Part shown: positions 58,839 through 64,000 of the stretch, in pieces | Layout of the letters: every line of letters begins with the position of its first letter | Numbering within the stretch: the stretch's first letter is position 1 | NCBI GenBank assembly: GCA_963845535.1 | Contig: CAWJSK010000022.1 | Location: forward strand, 22,148 to 86,147 | Length of the DNA: 64,000 nt | Source of the DNA: an uncultured Spirochaetota bacterium | GTDB lineage: Bacteria > Spirochaetota > Spirochaetia > SZUA-6 > Fen-1364 | Reading direction: 5' to 3' | Notes under the pieces: model-generated | Seen by the model: the letters and a program-made list of their open reading frames with translations, nothing else | Told to the model about the DNA's origin: nothing | Databases searched by the model: none | Translations under genes and position numbers: made by a program

Positions 58839-59786
58839 CTACGGCCATTCAATTTGCACAACGCGGGAGTTGCGGGTGTCTGCCACGTAGACCTTGCCTT
58901 GCGAATCCACTGCCACGCCGCCAGGGAGGTAGAGCTGGTTCTCGCCCGAGCCGAAGTCTCCGAAAGTGGCCCAGTTGGCGCCCGTCATGTCGTCGATCCT
59001 TTCAACGCGATTGTTTTCGGGGTCCGCAGTGTATATCCGCCCCTTCGCGTCGAGCGCAATGCCGCTGGGTCCGAAGTACTGGCCATCCCCCAGGCCCTTG
59101 GCGCCGAAAGCCGTCCATCCTGCTCCCGTCATATCGTCGATGCGGACCACCCGGTTGTTGTTCTGATCGGTGACATAGATCCGGCCGTCAGGATCCACGG
59201 CCACGCCGCTGGGACCTGAGAGCTCCTTTTCTCCCTGGCCGAAGCTGCCGAACGTCACCCAGTTCTTCCCCGTCATGTCGTCGATGCGGACTATCCGATT
59301 GTTGTTCTGATCCGCGATATAGATCCGGCCGCTCGCGTCTATCGCGATCCCCGTGGGGCCGAACAGCTGGGCCCGTCCCTTCCCGCGCTTGCCGAAGGTT
59401 GTCCACCGGGACCCCTTCATGTCATTGAAACGGACAATACGGTCGTTTTCCTTGTCGGCGACATAAATGCGACCCTGGGAATCCACGGTCACGCGGAAAG
59501 GAGCGGAGAACTGCCTGCTGCCCGGTCCGTCAGTGCCAAGGGCGGCCCAGTTCGTCCCGGCCATGTCGTCCATCCTGACGACACGGCTGTTGCCCTGGTC
59601 CGCTACGTAGACGTGTCCGCTGGAGTCGACCGCGATCCCGCTGGGGCCGGAAAGCTGTTTGTCCCCCTGCCCGGGCCCGCCCACCGTTGTCCAGCCCGAA
59701 ACGGTTGATCCCTGCGCGAATGCTGCCGCCAGAGGCGCGCACAGCAGAAGGAGGGATGTGAACATCTTCAAAGCAAACGTTCCCAT
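58839..59786 (-). CDS. exported NHL-repeat beta-propeller protein
   Basis: Six repeats P.G(I/V)A(V/I)D..G..YV.D..N.R.VR; signal peptide. Confidence 0.9.
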   Translation of the reverse strand: MGTFALKMFTSLLLLCAPLAAAFAQGSTVSGWTTVGGPGQGDKQLSGPSGIAVDSSGHVYVADQGNSRVVRMDDMAGTNWAALGTDGPGSRQFSAPFRVTVDSQGRIYVADKENDRIVRFNDMKGSRWTTFGKRGKGRAQLFGPTGIAIDASGRIYIADQNNNRIVRIDDMTGKNWVTFGSFGQGEKELSGPSGVAVDPDGRIYVTDQNNNRVVRIDDMTGAGWTAFGAKGLGDGQYFGPSGIALDAKGRIYTADPENNRVERIDDMTGANWATFGDFGSGENQLYLPGGVAVDSQGKVYVADTRNSRVVQIEWP

Positions 59787-60255
59787 GTCTCCACCTCTGG
59801 CAAATAATACGAACCCGTTTCCAGGATCGTCAAACCGGATTTGCGGCTTGATCGGTCTCCTTGTGAACCGCGATTCCACATCAGGGACGTGCAGCACGAT
59901 CTTCATTCCACCGTCGGCACGAAGGATTGATCCGATAGCACTTTTCAGCGGATTACGCATAAGACCCACTTGCCTCGCTTGTCCATATAGTGTGCATAGC
60001 GTGACTTTTGTACTCGACGTAGAGCAGGCTATCGATCCGCGTGCACAAGGGGTACGCAAGGGAAAGTGCTTCTCCTGCTTTTGGTTGTTATGCGGGTAAG
60101 AATAGTATGCAAAAGGGGCTATTATGGAACCTCCACATAACCTCAGAAAGTTGGCGAGACAAAATCTTAGCGTTAACGGCCGACGGCTGTCTGCCTCAGG
60201 AGGACCTGGAAATGACTTTCATAATGCGTCTCCTTGCCATTTTATACGCCCGCCC

Positions 60256-60285
60256 GTCTAACAGGCGGAGAGAAGGACGTTAGAG
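60256..60285 (+). mobile_element. possible internally deleted attC (or attI-like) remnant
   Basis: GTCTAAC-N16-GTTAGAG: complementary R-box cores without L boxes. Confidence 0.35.
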
Positions 60286-60488
60286 GGAAAACTTCATAAC
60301 GTGTATGTTAATGCCCCACTTTTTTGTGAAAACACGAGTGAGTTTCTCTCGGTATCCAATGTGACTTGCGCCGACGGAACCGCGGGTACGGTTTCAATCA
60401 CCGCAGGTGTTAAACAATGGGTCAAAACGTCCGGTCCTTCGCTTCTTAAGAAGTGGAGTCACATGACGCATCATGAAGGAGGACTATC

Positions 60489-60929
60489 TTGAACACACTA
60501 GTGGTCTTTGATTCAGCGGCCGGAAACACTGAGAGAATTGCCAACGCGATCGCCGCCGGAATTGGGCCAAGCGTGAAGGCCATTCGGATCAATTCTCCAG
60601 AGGCTAGGCAACTTGAAAAAACATCGCTCTTGATTGTCGGATCCCCAACATATGGTGGTCGTCCCACTGAGGGAATGCTGAAGTACCTCAATGGCCTGTC
60701 TTTACCCTCAAAGACTTTGAAAGTTGCAACCTTTGACACACGACTGAAAATGAAGCTAACCAAACTTTTCGGATATGCAGCTGACAAGATGGGAACCCAT
60801 TTCAAAGAAAAGGGAATCATGATCAAAGGTAAGCCCGAAGGTTTCATCGTGAAGGGTAGAAATGGTCCACTAGCGGACGGGGAATTGGAAAGAGCCAATT
60901 CATGGGGAAAGAGTCTGCTCACGGATTAG
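60489..60929 (+). CDS. flavodoxin (likely integron gene cassette)
   Basis: FDS..GNT..IA, VGSPTYGG, ATFDTR, GPL.DGE..RA..W; AAGGAGG RBS with TTG start; low GC. Confidence 0.9.
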   Translation: MNTLVVFDSAAGNTERIANAIAAGIGPSVKAIRINSPEARQLEKTSLLIVGSPTYGGRPTEGMLKYLNGLSLPSKTLKVATFDTRLKMKLTKLFGYAADKMGTHFKEKGIMIKGKPEGFIVKGRNGPLADGELERANSWGKSLLTD

Positions 60930-60953
60930 GGTCGATTCGTTAAAGGGCGTGGG

Positions 60954-61070
60954 GCATAACAAGTCGTTGCAGCAGACGCCTTAGGCTGAATGTGGAAAGA
61001 GAAGCCGGTGTCTTGCAAAAGCCGTTGCAGCCGAGTTGATGCGGCGGCGCTGCTGAACTCTATGTTATGT
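60954..61070 (+). mobile_element. integron attC recombination site (117 bp)
   Basis: R'' GCATAAC and R' GTTATGT; GTT[G]CAGCAG[A]CGCC pairs with GGCGCTGCTGAAC leaving two extrahelical bases. Confidence 0.85.
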
Positions 61071-61509
61071 TGCCAGGTGTAGACGTCTCTTTTGTTAACC
61101 GATAGAAATGGTCAATGGCATCAGGACCTGACAAAGGCTTCCGCGCAATCTCCCCTCCAAGCGCGGATACACGCTTGAATTCAACGATGGCTTTTCTGGA
61201 CACAAACTGGATACGGCAAGGTGGCTGCCGTACTATCTGCCGCAGTGGAGTAGCCGCCAACTCGCAGCAGCTCGCTACTCACTGCCGGGTAATTGTCTCC
61301 GGCTTCATATTGAGGCTGACCAGAAGCCTTGGTGTTCTGACTATGACGATAGGATTCGTGTGTCATCCCTTCAACGTACAAGCACCAATAAATCCTATTA
61401 GCCTGGACACACCAAACCCAAGCGCTTCACTGAAGGGTGACGGACCTGACGGGACGGTGATCTGGACGCCGGGCAATATTTTCAACAGCGACGATAGGCA
61501 TTCCCCGAC

Positions 61510-62694
61510 CTAACCGCTGGTGTGATCCGCCCCACCTACCTCCTTGATGAAGGCGAGCAGGAGCGTGCTGAGCCGAACCGGCTGCTCCTGTTGGACCCAG
61601 TGACCGGCGCCGTCGATCAGCTCGATGCCACCCATCCTCGTCGCCGCCTTCGTCCTCATAAGATCGACCGCGCCCGGCGCCGAATAGGTACCCCAATCGC
61701 TCTTCCCGCCGATGAAGAGCGACGGGACATCGATCGTCTTGCCCGAAAACAGGCGCAACTCAGCGTTTAGGTCAGGATCTGAATAGACGCGATAAGCCTG
61801 CAGGGCGCCTTGAAACCCAGTGCGGCCATACTCGTCCGTGTACACCCCAAGTTCCGGCTCGGTGAGCCATTTGCTGGCCAGGACCTCGGCGGCGGAAGGT
61901 TGGAATGGAGCGACGGTCTGGGGCATCGTCTTGCCGAGATCCATGACGTAATAGGTGGGCATTTGTGCAAGTTCTATGGCAGTTCGCGCCTTCAACGGAT
62001 GCGGCTTATTTCCCGGCCAGTCAGCGCTCTTGACGTAGAAAAATGCACGAAGAAACGCGTGTAAGCCTTGAGGGGGGTGCCACATGTCATAGTTCGCCTC
62101 CCGCGTGCTCAAGTATTGTTGATAATACTCTCTGGGCGGATCGAGCGCCGCCAGCGCGGCCGCTAACTTTTGATTTTCAGTGTTCGGTTGAACCGACGAT
62201 GCCTCGCTTTCCGCGGTGTTGAACGGAAGTGCTGGTGGACCGGGGAACGGTGCGCTCATCAGCACCACCGAGGGAAAGACATCAGGTCGGGCTAACGCAC
62301 AATAGGCCGCCACGGGCGAGCCGAGGTCGTGCCCGACGAGCATCGCCGTACGCCGATGCCCCAATGCCGAAACCAATCCTAGGGCGTCGCGCGTCATATT
62401 CAAGAGGCTGAAGGGCTCTAGCTGGGCGTCATAGCCGTTCGCCCAACCGGTGGTGCGGCCAAAACCCCGCTGGTCGGGCGCCACGACATGGTACCCGGCG
62501 TCAGCCAGAATTGGGATCAGGTGTCGCCAGCCGTAAGCCAAATCCGGAAAGCCGTGCAGAAGCAGCGCGAGCGGCCGACCGGGGCTTTCGTAACCGGCCT
62601 CGAGAATATGGACATCGAGGCCGTTGACCCCAGGGATCATGCGCGAGCGGACCCCCTTGGGAAGCGTTCCCCCGCCATATGATGATGTGGTCAA
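61510..62694 (-). CDS. alpha/beta hydrolase, epoxide hydrolase-like
   Basis: LLHGFP, APDQRGFG, VGHDLG, AGHWVQQEQP; AGGAGG RBS with TTG start. Confidence 0.92.
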   Translation of the reverse strand: MTTSSYGGGTLPKGVRSRMIPGVNGLDVHILEAGYESPGRPLALLLHGFPDLAYGWRHLIPILADAGYHVVAPDQRGFGRTTGWANGYDAQLEPFSLLNMTRDALGLVSALGHRRTAMLVGHDLGSPVAAYCALARPDVFPSVVLMSAPFPGPPALPFNTAESEASSVQPNTENQKLAAALAALDPPREYYQQYLSTREANYDMWHPPQGLHAFLRAFFYVKSADWPGNKPHPLKARTAIELAQMPTYYVMDLGKTMPQTVAPFQPSAAEVLASKWLTEPELGVYTDEYGRTGFQGALQAYRVYSDPDLNAELRLFSGKTIDVPSLFIGGKSDWGTYSAPGAVDLMRTKAATRMGGIELIDGAGHWVQQEQPVRLSTLLLAFIKEVGGADHTSG

Positions 62695-62788
62695 ATCCGT
62701 TCCTCCTACTGAAGGGTGACGGACCTGACGGGACGGTGATCTGGACGCCGGGCAATATTTTCAACAGCGACGATAGGCATTCCCCGAC

Positions 62789-63974
62789 CTAACCGCTGGT
62801 GTGATCCGCCCCACCTACCTCCTTGATGAAGGCGAGCAGGAGCGTGCTCGGCCGAACCGGCTGCTCCTGTTGGACCCAGTGACCGGCGCCGTCGATCAGC
62901 TCGATGCCACCCATCCTCGTCGCCGCCTTCGTCCTCATAAGATCGACCGCGCCCGGCGCCGAATAGGTACCCCAATCGCTCTTCCCGCCGATGAAGAGCG
63001 ACGGGACATCGATCGTCTTGCCCGAAAACAGGCGCAACTCAGCGTTTAGGTCAGGAACTGAATAGACGCGATAAGCCTGCAGGGCGCCTTGAAACCCAGT
63101 GCGGCCATACTCGTCCGTGTACACCCCAAGTTCCGGCTCGGTGAGCCATTTGCTGGCCAGGACCTCGGCGGCGGAAGGTTGGAATGGAGCGACGGTCTGG
63201 GGCATCGTCTTGCCGAGATCCATGACGTAATAGGTGGGCATTTGTGCAAGTTCTATGGCAGTTCGCGCCTTCAACGGATGCGGCTTATTTCCCGGCCAGT
63301 CAGCGCTCTTGACGTAGAAAAATGCACGAAGAAACGCGTATTAATCCTGAGGGGGGTGCCACATGTCATAGTTCGCCTCCCGCGTGCTCAAGTATTGTTG
63401 ATAATACTCTCTGGGCGGATCGAGCGCCGCCAGCGCGGCCGCTAACTTTTGATTTTCAGTGTTCGGTTGAACCGACGATGCCTCGCTTTCCGCGGTGTTG
63501 AACGGAAGTGCTGGTGGACCGGGGAACGGTGCGCTCATCAGCACCACCGAGGGAAAGACATCAGGTCGGGCTAACGCACAATAGGCCGCCACGGGCGAGC
63601 CGAGGTCGTGCCCGACGAGCATCGCCGTACGCCGATGCCCAAATGCCGAAACCAATCCTAGGGCGTCGCGCGTCATATTCAAGAGGCTGAAGGGCTCTAG
63701 CTGGGCGTCATAGCCGTTCGCCCAACCGGTGGTGCGGCCAAAACCCCGCAGGTCGGGCGCCACGACATGGTACCCGGCGTCAGCCAGAATTGGGATCAGG
63801 TGTCGCCAGCCGTAAGCCAAATCCGGAAAGCCGTGCAGAAGCAGCGCGAGCAGCCGACCCGGGCTTTGACTTAACCACCTCAAGAATATGGACATCGAGG
63901 CCGTTGACCCCAGGGATCATGCGCGAGCGGACCCCCTTGGGAAGCGTTCCCCCGCCATATGATGATGTGGTCAA
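62789..63974 (-). pseudogene. disrupted second copy of the epoxide hydrolase-like gene
   Basis: Frameshift near 63868 and in-frame TAA at 63341. Confidence 0.75.
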
Positions 63975-64000
63975 ATCCGTTCCTCCTATGGGGTTTGCGC

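Larger units (their letters stand above)
61429..63987. repeat. head-to-tail tandem duplication of a ~1279-bp unit
   Basis: ACTGAAGGGTGACGG at 61429 and 62708; both copies end TCCGTTCCTCCT; near-identical. Confidence 0.97.

Noticed and set aside
59790..60283. Integron integrase or short cassette ORFs
   Set aside because: No tyrosine-recombinase motifs in the listed frames; the short ORFs lack recognisable features
60290..60318. Xer dif site (AAACTTCATAACGTGTATGTTAATG)
   Set aside because: Superficially similar, but does not fit 11-6-11 spacing with a TTATGTTAAAT XerD arm

Overview
GC-rich bacterial chromosomal segment, probably Spirochaetia-like (inferred only from MCP and lipoprotein style). 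It holds about 50 genes: glgX (partial), redox genes (trx, msrAB, dipZ, oxyR), an SbcCD-like pair, two orphan sugar or amino-sugar catabolic operons, a sigma54 two-component system with a sugar ABC transporter, three chemoreceptors (two are paralogous MCP + solute-binding-protein modules), GH5, a Re-citrate-synthase-like enzyme, udk and xth. The low-GC right end carries an integron attC site and a 1.28-kb tandem duplication of an epoxide-hydrolase-like gene. The most unusual locus is 42.0-43.7 kb. There, a two-Cys OxyR with a near-canonical four-box operator points away from an unannotated 92-aa protein made of four 18-aa repeats that vary mostly synonymously. That gene converges on a ~180-nt rod-shaped, 6S-like RNA, which is preceded by three 34-bp-period repeats. 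Three single-base frameshifts in short homopolymers suggest long-read assembly errors. All protein calls are by motif recognition; no database search was run.
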